45,448 bases of DNA from Salisapilia sapeloensis CBS 127946 (taxonomy: Eukaryota > Protista > Oomycota): positions 1 through 45,448 of the forward strand of contig JAADVB010000156.1 in the NCBI GenBank assembly GCA_023334545.1, written 5' to 3'. The position numbers and the translations under genes are program-made. Below the pieces are notes generated by a model, which saw nothing but the letters and a program-made list of their open reading frames with translations, did not search any database and was not told the DNA's origin. Each line of letters starts with the position of its first letter. Position 1 is the first letter of the stretch. This document shows positions 1 through 12,900 of the stretch, piece after piece.

Positions 1-352
1 TGGACGATACACGTGGATAGGATTGGAAAGGTGGATAGCGACTTAAGAGTAGGAAGAACTGCCAAAGACTTGGGTATTGATTCCAAACACACTGTTTGCG
101 TGTTTACTCAACTGATACTTTTTATTCCTCGCATAATCCCCGATTATCTGCTCAACGAAAAAGACCTTGTTTTGTGATTTCTAGCCCTGTCGTCAATGAA
201 AACTGCAGCTGAATTATTGGATCGGAGCACGAATAATCAAATCTGCTCCGTCTCGTTTGACACACACTCATCGCTATTCAGAGTGCTGGTCGGGGTACAC
301 CAAAATGCTGATTGGCTGTAATTGACTGGAGCGAACGACCAGCATACTGAAA

Positions 353-928
353 ATGGGCAGAAGTAAGCGAGGAAGAGCTCGTGGGCATGTAGCTGCTGCC
401 AAGCCAAAGAATGACGAAGTAGCACAAGCTAGCACGAATGAAGATGTGGAAATGGGAGAAGCAGCCATGAATGCTGTCTTCCCAGATGAAGAGCCTCAGG
501 AAGACGTAGTGGAAGATGGTGATGCGGAGGTTGAAGGTGAAAGCCTAAGTCGCGGTCAGCGAAAGCGACTGAAGCGACGAGCAGCATTCATGCGAAAGAT
601 GGGTCTAGTCAATCATTTAGAAAAGGCCAAGTCGAAAGATAGCAAGAAGAAGAAGGAAGGTGCCTTTGCCGACTTGGAAGAGATTCAAAAGTCACTCTTT
701 GTCGATCAAGATGCTAGTGCCAAGAAGGAGAAGACGACAGACCAACCGAAGAGAAACAAACCATTGAGTGGAAAGCAACGTCAGAAGCTTGCTGTAAAAG
801 AACTAGGTCAGTTGCGTGCCGTGCAGACGCATCCTTCTTTCCAAGGCGATCCGTTCGCTGCCATCCAGATGCATCTACAGCATACGGTCGTTCCGTCCGA
901 AGAGAAGACAAGTACCGCCAACAATTAG
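353..928 (+). CDS. SLX9: Ribosome biogenesis protein, SLX9/FAM207A-like
   Basis: 191-aa basic/acidic single-exon ORF. It has LSRGQRKRLKRR and a C-terminal KELGQLRAVQTHPSFQGDPFAAIQMHL block resembling the Slx9 E..F..V..HP.F..NP..AI..HL motif. Confidence 0.7.
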   Translation: MGRSKRGRARGHVAAAKPKNDEVAQASTNEDVEMGEAAMNAVFPDEEPQEDVVEDGDAEVEGESLSRGQRKRLKRRAAFMRKMGLVNHLEKAKSKDSKKKKEGAFADLEEIQKSLFVDQDASAKKEKTTDQPKRNKPLSGKQRQKLAVKELGQLRAVQTHPSFQGDPFAAIQMHLQHTVVPSEEKTSTANN

Positions 929-971
929 TGCAATAGATTGTGTCACATTCATTTGTAATTCCCTCTTCCTA

Positions 972-3900
972 CTATTCAGTGTTGCAGAGAAGACAGACAC
1001 CTCGGAGACCCCAGTGGCGAGGCGGTTTCCCTGGCGGACACTTCATTGTGACCATGAAGACAAAGTACCTGTCCGTTCGGCAGGCATACTTGTAACAAGG
1101 ACATTCGAATGGCCCACCACTACCATACAGCTCCTTCCTAGACTTGATCTCGAGCTCTTTCGACAGACAGTTGACGAGCAGAACGGGAAGTGGCGTGAAC
1201 AGCTTCTTAGGCTCCGACTCGACGATCGTGCCCTCTTGTTTATTCCACGTCGCGCCATCCATGAACAGGCCATAGATGTACACTCCTTCCGCAGGAGGCG
1301 CTCGTACTTGCTCTGCCCGTTCGATAGAAGTGACTTCAGTATGGTAGACGACATCGTCAAGTGCCCACTTGTCCGTCTTGGAGTGTTTCCTCGTCACTTC
1401 CTGCTTCATGGCTGTCAGCATACCTTGCGGATTGAAGAAGCCAGTGAGCCAGAAGGCGTTCGGACGCTTCGTATTGAGCCACGTACGATTCTGTTCGTCA
1501 CGCGAGATGAGAGACGAGAACCAGAGTCCAAGCGTAGGCAGGATCCAGGAGAACTCATCACCCACAGGTGTGCGCAGCCAAGAGGGAGGAACCTTGGCGT
1601 CAAAGATAGCGTCTAGAGTCGCACTCAACTCCTCTGTCATGACCACTTCGCCTCGAATCGCCATCTGCAGCTGCTGTAGCATCGTCCGGACCTTACCAAT
1701 GACACGTTGGAGGCGCTGGATTTCCTGGAAGAGGAAGATGTTGAGAGGGATGGTAAGCCCTCCAAGCTTTCCAATCTTGGCCTTGTAGTCGTCTTCATTG
1801 TAGTCCTCTGGCAGTCGTTCTAGCAGTTCCTTGGCTTTGTCGCACACGACGTCTTCTCTCGACACACCAGACGATCCTCCTCCACCTTTCGGCTGCGTAT
1901 CTGCCAACGTCGTCAGGAGAGAGTTCACTTCTTTTACTCGATACGTAAGATCAGCATTCGGATGGAGACCAAAGATCTCGGGCGAATCGATCTCTGGGAA
2001 CGCATGGCAGTAGTTTCGATAATCATCGATACTGTCGGCGACAGGGATCTTGTAGACAAAGTCGTTTGGGATGCGGAAGATAGGTTCCGACGGGTTGTAC
2101 GCAAAGTTCGGCGAGCAAACGTCTGGTGTGAGGCACCACTCGCCATAGTAGTTGAACAACCTTCGGTCCATATTGTCCGTGATCTTTCCTCCGTACTGCA
2201 CTTCCGCCACCATGTACTGGAGCGTCGGCCATGAGATCGGACCATTGTACAAGTGTTTTTCTAAAAAGATCGTGCAAGCAGACAAGTCACCATTGTTGTA
2301 CTCGTACGGGATGCCCCATCCGAGCGGTCCAAACTTTTTGCGTTCAATAACGATCGAGTGCAAGAAGCAGAGGTTGAAGAGCAGTTGTCTCCACTGCGTC
2401 GTTTCGACTCGTTCGAGTTTATCTTGGTCGACCATGACTGTGTAGGAACGTAGGAGACCTGCTTGGAGCCCTTGCGGTGGTTCATTCGTGACTTTGGTAG
2501 ACATCTGGAGTAGACCTAGAGGGAACTGGTCATTCGGGAGGGCTGTGAGGAAGAGTCGGAAGGCTGGGTCCATGTTCTCACTCAGTTTGATCATCGTATC
2601 CTCCATTTGCTCCATCAGGTCGAGACCCAACTCACAGTTCTGGAGGAGCACCCACGTTCCGTTGCCGACAGCAGCATTAATGGCCTTTAGCGCGACAGGC
2701 TCTTGACCTTCTCCTAAGGACACGACGGCGGGTGGGGGATACTTTTTCCTTCGAGCAAGCATTTCAATGCTTTCCGTCGGGTCTGCACCAATGGACAATA
2801 GGAAGATGACAGGTGTCTCTGCTCGCATGTCGTCGAAAATATTCTCGATCGTGTCGGTCACTGGCTCCACGTATCGAGGTCCCATCTGAGGGATGTTACG
2901 AATGAACTCCTTGGCACTCAGGATCGTTCGATCCATTCGAAGAGACCGAACGAGTAGGAGCTTAAGATACGGACCGATGGTCTCATTCTCAGCGATACGA
3001 CTCTCATAGTCTGGAATGACCACCGTCTCTGGCTCGTTGTCCTCGTACCATCGACGCCACATGCCTTCATTCGACGTCATTTCATGCGGCAAATTGGCAA
3101 AGAACTTGCAGCTTTGTGCAAGCTCGATGACATTGAGCCACGACTCGTTCGAGATCCAAGCGAATGGTTTCCGACGGACAGAGTTGATGTCGAGAGCTGC
3201 ACCACCTCTCGTAAGCAGCACTACTTCTTCTTGTGTCAGCAACCCATCGATCACCAGCACTTTCATTGTGACTAGGAGAACGAAAGTGAGTTTATCACGC
3301 TCGTACAATCCTCGATTGATGTATCGGTACGTGATGTACGTCATCGTTTCAATGATATTTGCCACTCGTTTGGATGCAAGCGCTGCTTTTTCAGCCAAAT
3401 CCATTGACCTCATGAACAATGATAAGAATTGCGTGAGACTCGTCTGGTACATGCAGTTGATCAAGGACGTTTCAACGATGGCAAAATACAGAACGGACCC
3501 TCGCGTCGCGACAGGTCGGAACTGTTCTCGCTTTTCATTAATCGATTTCCGCGTATCAGCAGCTGCAATCAGCTTGTCTTTCACTTCCGCTGCTTTCTCT
3601 TTTGTGTTGGCTAAGACACCAATGAGCTCTTCATCTTCCAGCAAGTTACCAGTGTTACTAGTCAATCGCTCGAGCAAGGAAGCGTCGAGAGCAAGCAATG
3701 ACTTGGTATTCGAGTTTACATCTTCCAACACTTGCGCAAGCTGTTCTTCAAGCGCCTTCTGCTCTTTCCCGATCACGCGACCGAGCAATTGCTCCTCCAG
3801 TCCTTTGATCGTGACGGTAAAGTCGATGACCGTCGTCTTCGCCTGGAGCTCTGGACCAAAGTGAGGATTCGGGAGACGGGTGATAAAGTACATGGAGAAG

Positions 3901-6900
3901 GCTGGGTTAAACTCCATGTTTTTGTCCGAGACATTGATCGACAGACTACGACCTTTGGTGATGACCTGCTTTTCCAATACCGGGTCAAGCATCGGATCAA
4001 TCTCTTCCTCGACACCAGCAATAATGAGTGCTCTACCTTCTCCCATGCAGTACTCTAGCTGATCCTTGAGCTTCGGATGGTTCAAAGACGTCGTTCCGTA
4101 GCTAGGTACGCGGTCTGCTTCTCGATTCTTGATCCAGGACAAGGCCTGACCTTGAGGATCTACTAGCAGTGGGTATCTAGACGATCTCGTTACCATGATA
4201 CCGTTCTGGATCGACAGCGGATCTGTCGGCAGACCTTCGATGTTCCAGTCACCGATTGTTCCGATGTCAACGAGGAAGTTTATAATGTCGATATCAACCG
4301 TCACAGGCACACTCCTCGTCTGACAGTCGGGCACGAACTTACTCTGAACCATATAGTTTCTAAAGTCCTGATTAAACGGCCCACAGTACGACACGAACGC
4401 ACATGCGACGGCACAGTCGCCCACGAGTCGTTTCTTCAAGTCTGCAAAGTTATTCGAGTCGTCCGTCCAACGCACACGCTCCCCAGCGAGACCGTTGATC
4501 AAGTCCGATGCTTGCTGCATCTTGCGTGCGAGAGCATTCGCACCGTCTTCAATCCTCTTCTTCTCCGCCATTTGCGCTTCAAACAGTCGTTGTAGCTCGT
4601 TCAAACGCTCTTTGCACTTTGCTAGACGGTCTTCTGCAGCGGCAAGTGCTTTGTTCGCTGCCTCCATCTGCCCTTCAGCAATCATAAGCGCTTCCAACTT
4701 AGGTTTTACTACTTTAGACGCTTCATGGTAGAACTTCATTGCGCGCACCCACGTACACAGACCTTCAGCTGCAAGCGATGCATTCTTCGCTACGCTTGGT
4801 AGGAAGCCTTCAAGCTCCATGTACGGTGCGAGTAGCTCAATCGTTTCTTCATTGATCAAGTCTTTACCAACAGCTCCGAAGAGTTGGACATTCTTTAAGA
4901 AGTTGGAGTCACTCATCATACTCTGGGCATGGGGAGAGAAGGAAGTGTCAATGAAATCGATCTCTTGCTTGGCGACATTCAGCTTCGTATGCTTCACTGG
5001 ATTCAGTGGACATTTAAATAGGATCAAGACACCGTCAAAGACGAGTCGAATGATATCTGCCGGCTTTGCTAGCTTTTTAATTTCACCGATATGCGCCGGT
5101 TTAATCGAATCGATGGCCGTCTCGGCTTCTTCCACGAATGGTCGGGCTTTCGCGAGATCCTTTTCACACAATTCCTTCTCAGCGGCAATCCGAGCAGCGT
5201 CTTCTTCACACTTATGTTTGATCTGAGCAACCTGGTCGCCTTCTTTATGAGCCTCTGCTGACGACACTTCGAGCGATTGGAGCATCGCGTTCGTTTCTTC
5301 CGTTGCTTTCTCCAGCTTCACCTGCTCATCGGCTAGAACGACGGACATGGCATGCACGTCATCAGCGCCTTGAATGAGCTTCTTAAGTCCCAAATTTACA
5401 CGCTGTTCCTTTACTTTAATCTCTTCTAGCTTGACGCCGTACATTTTCTTGTAAGCATCGATGAAGCTAAGGTACGACTTGGGTGTCTGGTACACTCGCC
5501 TTCGCATCTTCTGGAAGTACTCGTCACACAAGTCGGTTACGATACGATGGACAGTACCCATGTGACTCATTAGAGCGAGCTTTGTCGGACCGTCGCACTC
5601 CATGGGGTAGTCCTGAATAAATCCTTTCGACACAGCAATCAACGCATCTTCCGGCCAAGGTAAAAACCAGTCGATCGTCGGTGCACTGATGAGTCCAGGG
5701 AACTTTCGAGCTCGGTCAGCGAATTTCGCATTCAGTGGTGACATACAGAGGACGATATGCAGATTATCTCGAACGCAATCGATGAAGAATTGTTTTAAGT
5801 TTGCTTGTGTCTCCGCCTGACCAGGTCGCTCTTTGATGAAAGCATTGCGCAAGTCTGCTGTCATGGCCATCATCTCATCTTTCGCGAAGAGGCCAGCAAC
5901 TTCGCCTGTCATGAGCACTGAGTTCATGAGCTCCAAAAAGATCTCATTCTTGATCTCAGCGTCCGTGAAGAGGAATGTCGTTGACTTGCGCTGATGACCA
6001 GCAGACTTGTAAAGCACACGCAGATCGTCCATGAACGAGTTAGTGTTATACGTCTTCGTTAAGACGATCTGGAAGATGCGAGAGTCAGCGATGTAGGCTG
6101 CGAGTCTCGTCAACGACTGCTTTCCCGATCCACCGACACCAACCAAGAGAGCACTTCCTCTCGGCATGTCCAGGAGTCTGGAGATGCGCAGGAGGTGTGC
6201 CAACGCATCGTCGAACAGGACGAGCGTCATGCTTTTCTGAGGGAAATCTGTGTTATACTTTTCTAAAAACTCTAGCACTCGCGCTCGAATATCCTCCAGC
6301 GTTCCTCCCGGCTCGTAGATCTTCAACGCAGCATCAGCCAGAGCTCCTTCCTCATCCTCTTCTGGATCACGTAGGAAACTAACCATATTATACGGTTGTC
6401 TCGCAAACTCTTCGACAGATTCTCCAAAGTGTGACTTGAGTAACTCTCGCATATACTTTTGGTAAAAGTCCTTGTCCGGATGGTTCGTCAGTTTATCGCA
6501 GAACACGCGTTCGCACTCGTGCTTCCATGTTAGTAAAATCACTTGTCCTGGATCCATCTTAGACATCTTGCCTTCCGCGACACGAATGCCACCGCCAGTT
6601 AAGAACGTTTCCGGAGGAGTCAGCAAGACGCCTTGGAAGACACGACTGAGCTCACGCATGTTGAAAATGTAGTGAAACTTAGCAGGCGTCGGGAGTAGAC
6701 GAGCCTTCATGTGGTTCCAGAGGTCGATCGTCGCCCGAGTCAGCTTGTCCACGATTGCTAAAGCGTCCTTATTATATGTGTCTTTATCGAACCTACCAGC
6801 AAGCATTTGACCATAGATGTCGTCGATAGACGTGAGCGACGGAAGGATCAAGTTGAAAGTGAAGAACTGTCGTTTCAATCTGTTCGGAATATCATTGCGA

Positions 6901-9900
6901 CCACCACCAGGGTGACCCATGGCACCGACGTACTGCAGATCCTCGCATACTTTGAAGTCACCTCGACGGTCTTTCGTTAGGAAGCAAAAGCCGCTGAGCT
7001 CAATCATCATACGAACGATCTCAAGCGTCGGCTGGTCTCCCCACGTATTCACGAGCGGCATGCTCAGATCATCCACAAAGACCGTCATTTTCCTCCCATT
7101 CGGAGGACCAAAACTCTTTCCTCCTCGTTTGTCCAGTTCCGATTCAACTGCCGTTTGGAACATGAATGGCGTCGTCGCACTGGAAAGCGTTACACGTTTA
7201 ATGCTCATAATATCTGGATTCAAGTCATTGAAGAACATTAAGGCAGTGGACGTCTTGGCTGTACCAGGTCCACCGACCATGAGCACTGGTTTCTTTTGCT
7301 TATGCAGATTCTCGATCAAATACAAAGCTCGGACGGAATCCATCGTCGGTACAAGCAAATTGGAAAAGTCTAACGTCTTGCTTTCCTTCGGGTACTCCCA
7401 CTTCGGTGGTCGCCAAATGCGCCATTCGAACGTCTTGGGATCGACAAAGTACTCGTACGTTGTTTCACCTTCCTGAACCTTGGGTAACAACCCGTTATCG
7501 TCATACCCACGCAACCACACGTCAAATTGATTACGATCTTCTTGCTCCAACAGCGCACCGAGTGACCAGCAGATGCAGTACAAGAACATCTTTTCAAACT
7601 GGATCGCGATTTCCTCCGGGTCGTCCGATAGATTCGCACCGTGTTCTCCTAGCATCAAGCCTTGGAACAAATGATATAACCTCGCCACTTGTCCGACACG
7701 TGAGACGACCATGACGCCATCTGTGTTTCGATTCAAGTAGTCGAAGCAATGTCCAGGATCCGTCGGCGTGTTCTCACCAAGGTACTTGGCAAAGAGAGCT
7801 CGGAGGATGTCCTGGTGATGGGCAGGTTGCTTACGTACCCACGCCTCGACGACAGGCGCCCAATCGAGGTCTGTGTCACTCATAAACACGATACCGGCAC
7901 GAGAGACAGTGGCCGGACTAGCGTTCACGAGTGTCTCGACTTCGAACATGAGCTTAACGTTGTCTGTCATGGGCATCCGATCGCCATTAGCTAGTGTTAG
8001 GATCTTGTTATCATCCAGCACCGTGTTCAAGTCTTCAATCCAGATGGCATCCACCGGTCCATCGCAGATCATCCACATGATAAACTTGTTGCTCTTGTTA
8101 TTGTACTTTGCCCACATGGCAGCAAACACACCCGTCGTCCACTCTCCGGACATGGCATCCACTTCGCCATACATCTCGGCAGCACGAATGGCTTTCGGGT
8201 TCAGCTTTGACTGTTTATGGACGATACCTGTCGTCGTCGTAAGCGCCTGCTGTAACACGTCAAAGTTCTTTGTCTTGCCACCACCAGTCGGTCCGACGAG
8301 CATGATACCGTGTCGCACTAGTTGCGTCTCATACAGTTGAATGACTTTATTAAACCACCCTGGATGATTCACAAGATCCGCAGCTTCAATTTCTGCCTGT
8401 AAAGCTGTTTGGAGCTCCGGGTACGATCCCTTCGGGGGGAACGCTGTAGTGGGGAACAGGTCTGCCAATAGCGAAAGGAACAACGGAACGTCTTGGGCCA
8501 CGAGTTTTGACAAGTTCATATCACGCAACGTCTGATACAGCAGTTTCGACTCGGAGTCATTCCGGTTATCACGCTTGATCTTACCTGCACTTCGCAAAAC
8601 AGCAAGGATATTCCGTAGTCCCCAGTCATAATGCTTTTGAGCCGATAGCTGCTCTTTACACGTGTTATACAGGATAAAGAACTTTTTCGCCAGTTCCTGA
8701 TACTCCGAGTACCCGACCGAACAAAGCTTGACTTTCATGATGATCTCAAAGTCCGGCACCATCATTGCGACACCTCGGAAAAGCGCCTTTAGATTCTCCG
8801 GGAGCTCCTGACGACCGGCGTACCCGGGGTTCATCGTAATGAAATACCCACACACTGGTGTTAACAAGATATTCTGCGGGTCGCCAGGGAACTGGAAGTA
8901 CTTTGTACCAGTCTTCTTTGCGTTCTGAATCGCCAGCACTTGCTGTGCAACGACAGATAAGACAGGTAGCAAGATACGATTGAACTCGTCAAAGCATCCC
9001 CAGAGACCACCTTGACATAGTCCCTTGAAGATCTTGGCGCAGTCCGTGTACTTTTGTTGATCTGTGCAATTTGTAACGACGACATAGATGCCGAGCGTCC
9101 GACCAAGGTCTTTCACCGTCTCCGTCTTGCCCGTACCAGCAGGACCGGCAGGTGCGCCACCAAAGTACATTCCTAGAGCCTGTGCGAGGGTGATGTAGCA
9201 ACGATCCGTCAATGGCGTGACCACCAACCGCTCTTTCGATCCGAGGTACTCAAACTGGTAGTTAAAGTCGACGTCTGTGATGGAGATGACACATGCGCCG
9301 TCTGCATTGAACTCATCTCCACTATTAGGTCTCCAGTAGAACCGAGCTTGCTTTAGCCATTCAAAGTCGTTCGGGTCCGATATCTTCTTCTGTTTAAAGA
9401 GTGTGGCGAGGTCGGTCATGACATCACGCTGATGGACGTGGATGGTCACGAGAGTCTCAATTTTAATTCGATTCTCTTTCGACCCGAGGTCGTTTAAACA
9501 CCAATTCGACAGCTCCGTCAACACTTGAGCTTGCTTAACACTCGTGTCCTTGACAATATTCTTCTTCGCTCGACACTGCTCCAGTGCCGTCTGAATGTCC
9601 GTCGTCCACATGAGCTGGATACCCAGAAGCGCAAACTGAGCTACGTATCGGTCTACGAATTCACGCAGACGTTTTAAGTCTGATCCGACGACACCAATGT
9701 CGGCTGCACATTGCCTACAAATGTCTTTCATCGTGACCTGCATACCGAATAGCAAGGTCGATAGCCAGTCTTCGATGTTTCCTTGCGCCTTGATGATCTG
9801 AGAGAACCGAACTTCTTCCACACCGGACGTCATGGTGTGAATGAGTGTCTTATCCTTTTTATCGTGATATACTTTTTCAATCGAGTCAAAGACTTTTTCA

Positions 9901-12900
9901 TAATGCTCATTCATGCTCAACGGATCACTTCCCTGGGACAGGATCATCAAGAGCCCAGGGTTTGACACAAAGTAGAAGCGAGGGAACTTGTTACGCTTCT
10001 GCTCCAAATACCCTTCCAAACTCTTTTGACACTTTTCCAGTTCAGAAAACATCGTCGGGAGTAGAGACTTCAGCAACTCACTCGCACAGCACTGGACTAC
10101 TGTCTTCACCTCGACGGACTTGGCCATGACCTTGGCCCAGTCCTTGTCGACCTTTTGGAACTTTTTCGCTTCCACTGGCATTTGCTTGGCGATATCTCCG
10201 CCAGTAAAGACAGACTCGAGAGAGCACCAGAGCATCTGGACTTTAATCCACCTCTCCAGCGTCTCGGATGTGTCGGATAATTGCTCTAATTTCCCCTGTG
10301 CTTCTTCTTTGAACGGTAGCACATGACGCATGGACAACATCGTCTGGAGATTCATCTGTGTCTCCTCTAGCTCCTCTACAATCGGCACGACTGCCTTTAA
10401 TATCGGAATGTTCCTGGCCTTCCAGTCGTTAAACTGGAACTCTTCTTGGTCCCATCTCTCGGAGATTTCAGCGAGTTGCTGCTCGATCTTCAACTGCTTG
10501 TCGGCGCCATCCGTCACCTCTTCAATCTCCGCCTTGCTTGCGACGATATTCGCATCGATGAGTGCTTGAAGCTTAAAGTCCGCGGCTGTGACGTCGAACT
10601 GAGCGCCTGTGACTTCCATGACAGCGTCCCAGTGTCGAGCCTTAATCGAGTCTTTGCTCAGCTCCTGCAGCAGCGGAAGTACATCTGTAAAGTCATCAAT
10701 CATTTTCTTGAGATCCGTGTACGCCTCCCATTCTCTCAACTTAGCCGGCATCTTCTTACACCGAAGCGAGAACGAATCTACCTTTTCCGTCATCGTCTGC
10801 ACACGTTCCGCCACAGCATACCATGGGATCTGCTTCCACTCTTCGATTGAATTAAGCACATCCGTGTACAGCCCAAAGAGCTTGTCCTGCAGCTGCAGCT
10901 CCTTCTTCGTCGTCTCGAGCTCTGGGTAACTAGTGCGTGGTAAAGCAAAGAGCTCTTCGCCAGAAGTGTATAGCTCGAACTTTCGCTCTCGAATCTTGTA
11001 CTCCTCCTTGTACCTGTTCAACCGTTCAACAGCTTCGACAGGCGGGATACCGATGACCATCGGACCATTGGCAAGGTAGTCTTCACGGAAGTGTTTGACG
11101 TCGACAATGAACTCTTTTACGTCTCGTAGTAGTCCTCGTTTGAACCCTGCTTGCGTCTTACTTAACTCATCCGTCCTCGCTTCAGCGTGGTGAATCAATT
11201 TCCTCCAGTTGCTCTTTAAGACAGACTTTTGGTCCATCTCGTCCTTTTCCATGAACCCGTCTGGGAGGTAGTGCTCCAGCATTTCGTACATGTCCAAGAC
11301 AGGATTGATCTCCATACTAATACCACTCTCTCGTCCACGTACGTCCTTTAGCAAGTTCATGACAAAGCGCAAGGAGTCTAGATCCACTACCTTCCGATTA
11401 AGCTTTCCCATCGTGACACGGAAAAACTCGGCTAAGTTCTCCATCTTTCGACGTGCTTGGCTGTGCAGATTGTCACAAAATTTTAGTTTCCACTGGGACG
11501 TCTCGTGCTTCAGCTGCATCTTGATATTCTTTGTCGTGAGAGACAAAGCTCCGATGTTATAGACGGCAGGAAGTGCTCCGATCTCATCGTCGATATTCAC
11601 AAATGACTGCAACTTTTTTTCAAACGCTTGCATGTCTGGCTCGGTCTTTAGGAAAGCTTCATACGCAGCGTCCTTTGCGTCTGTCCAAAGCCAAGAGTAC
11701 TTGTGGTACGAACCCAGGTACTCTGTCACGGAGTTACGAAGACCTTGAACACTTCCAGTGAGCAAAAGGACGACACGGACGATCTCAATATCTTTTGTAA
11801 TACGATCAAAGAACGTTGGTTTTGTAGCTGAAGGAGGTAAAGAACTATTCTGACCCCAGTCCATGAGCTCGACAGAGCAGCTTAAAACCGTCTTTGCCGC
11901 CCGATTAATAGCGAGTTGAATGTCATCTAACGAAGGAGACAACTGGACATTTGGGATACGTAACTGAACGTCGACTTCAAAGAACGGACGCTCGATCGTA
12001 AAGATGTTGGACGAGACACGAGATGCTACTCGTTTCTTGATCGTGTTCAATGAGTTCTTGGTGCAGTGTAAAAGCGCTTGGTACATAAAGTGGTTATAGT
12101 GCTTTTTAAGCTTCATTGCTTCTTCAGGAGACACGCCTTCAATGTGAGAGTCGAGAGGGTACTGCGTGATAACCTTAAGCATATCGTCCACAGCATTCTC
12201 CACCTCCAAGTTCTTTCCTTGCAACAGCGTTCCCGCTCGCTTAATATTAGCCGTTTGAAGTGCAACGAACTCATCGAGAGAGAACGATTGGTCCATGGGT
12301 AAGTCCACGAGCATCGTCTTGGACACGATCCGCATGTTCTTTTCAATCCGATTTTCAATGATATCATTAATATTCGTCACGAGCTCTTCTAGACGCTGCA
12401 GACCAGTTTGCACATGACTTCGATACGCATCAATATTCATGCTCGTCCACGTTAGCGTGATCATACCAGGCCGAAGTTTAAACTCCATGTCATTAAAGTG
12501 GGGACGCAAGAGCATGGCCGTGACAGGAATGACTTTCGTTACCACTCGATCGTACTCAGCCAAAGCATACTGCAACTCGTTGTAGTACATTTTGAACTTG
12601 TCTTCCTGCAAGAGTACGATCTTGGCTGGCTCCGGGATCTCGACGCCCATGCGATCGAGACACTTGGCTTCACGTAGTAGCTGGAGGATCTCCGGATCAA
12701 AGTTCACGTACAGTTTATTGTCCTCTGGATGGCGGATGATGAGAGTCGCCTGGAGACCAGCCTTTGCGGTGTCAATATACTGTATCCAGGCCTGGTACCA
12801 TATGTACTCAAAGGCGACGAGAGTGCGTGCGACCTTGTTGTACATGCGAATGATCCGCTTGGCGTCTTTACTAGCTAGCACGTTTTGATTCGACTCGAAC

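Noticed and set aside
1-60. Repeated GTGGATAG/GGATTGGA words at the window start
   Set aside because: Only two imperfect copies; not a telomeric, satellite or CRISPR-like array.
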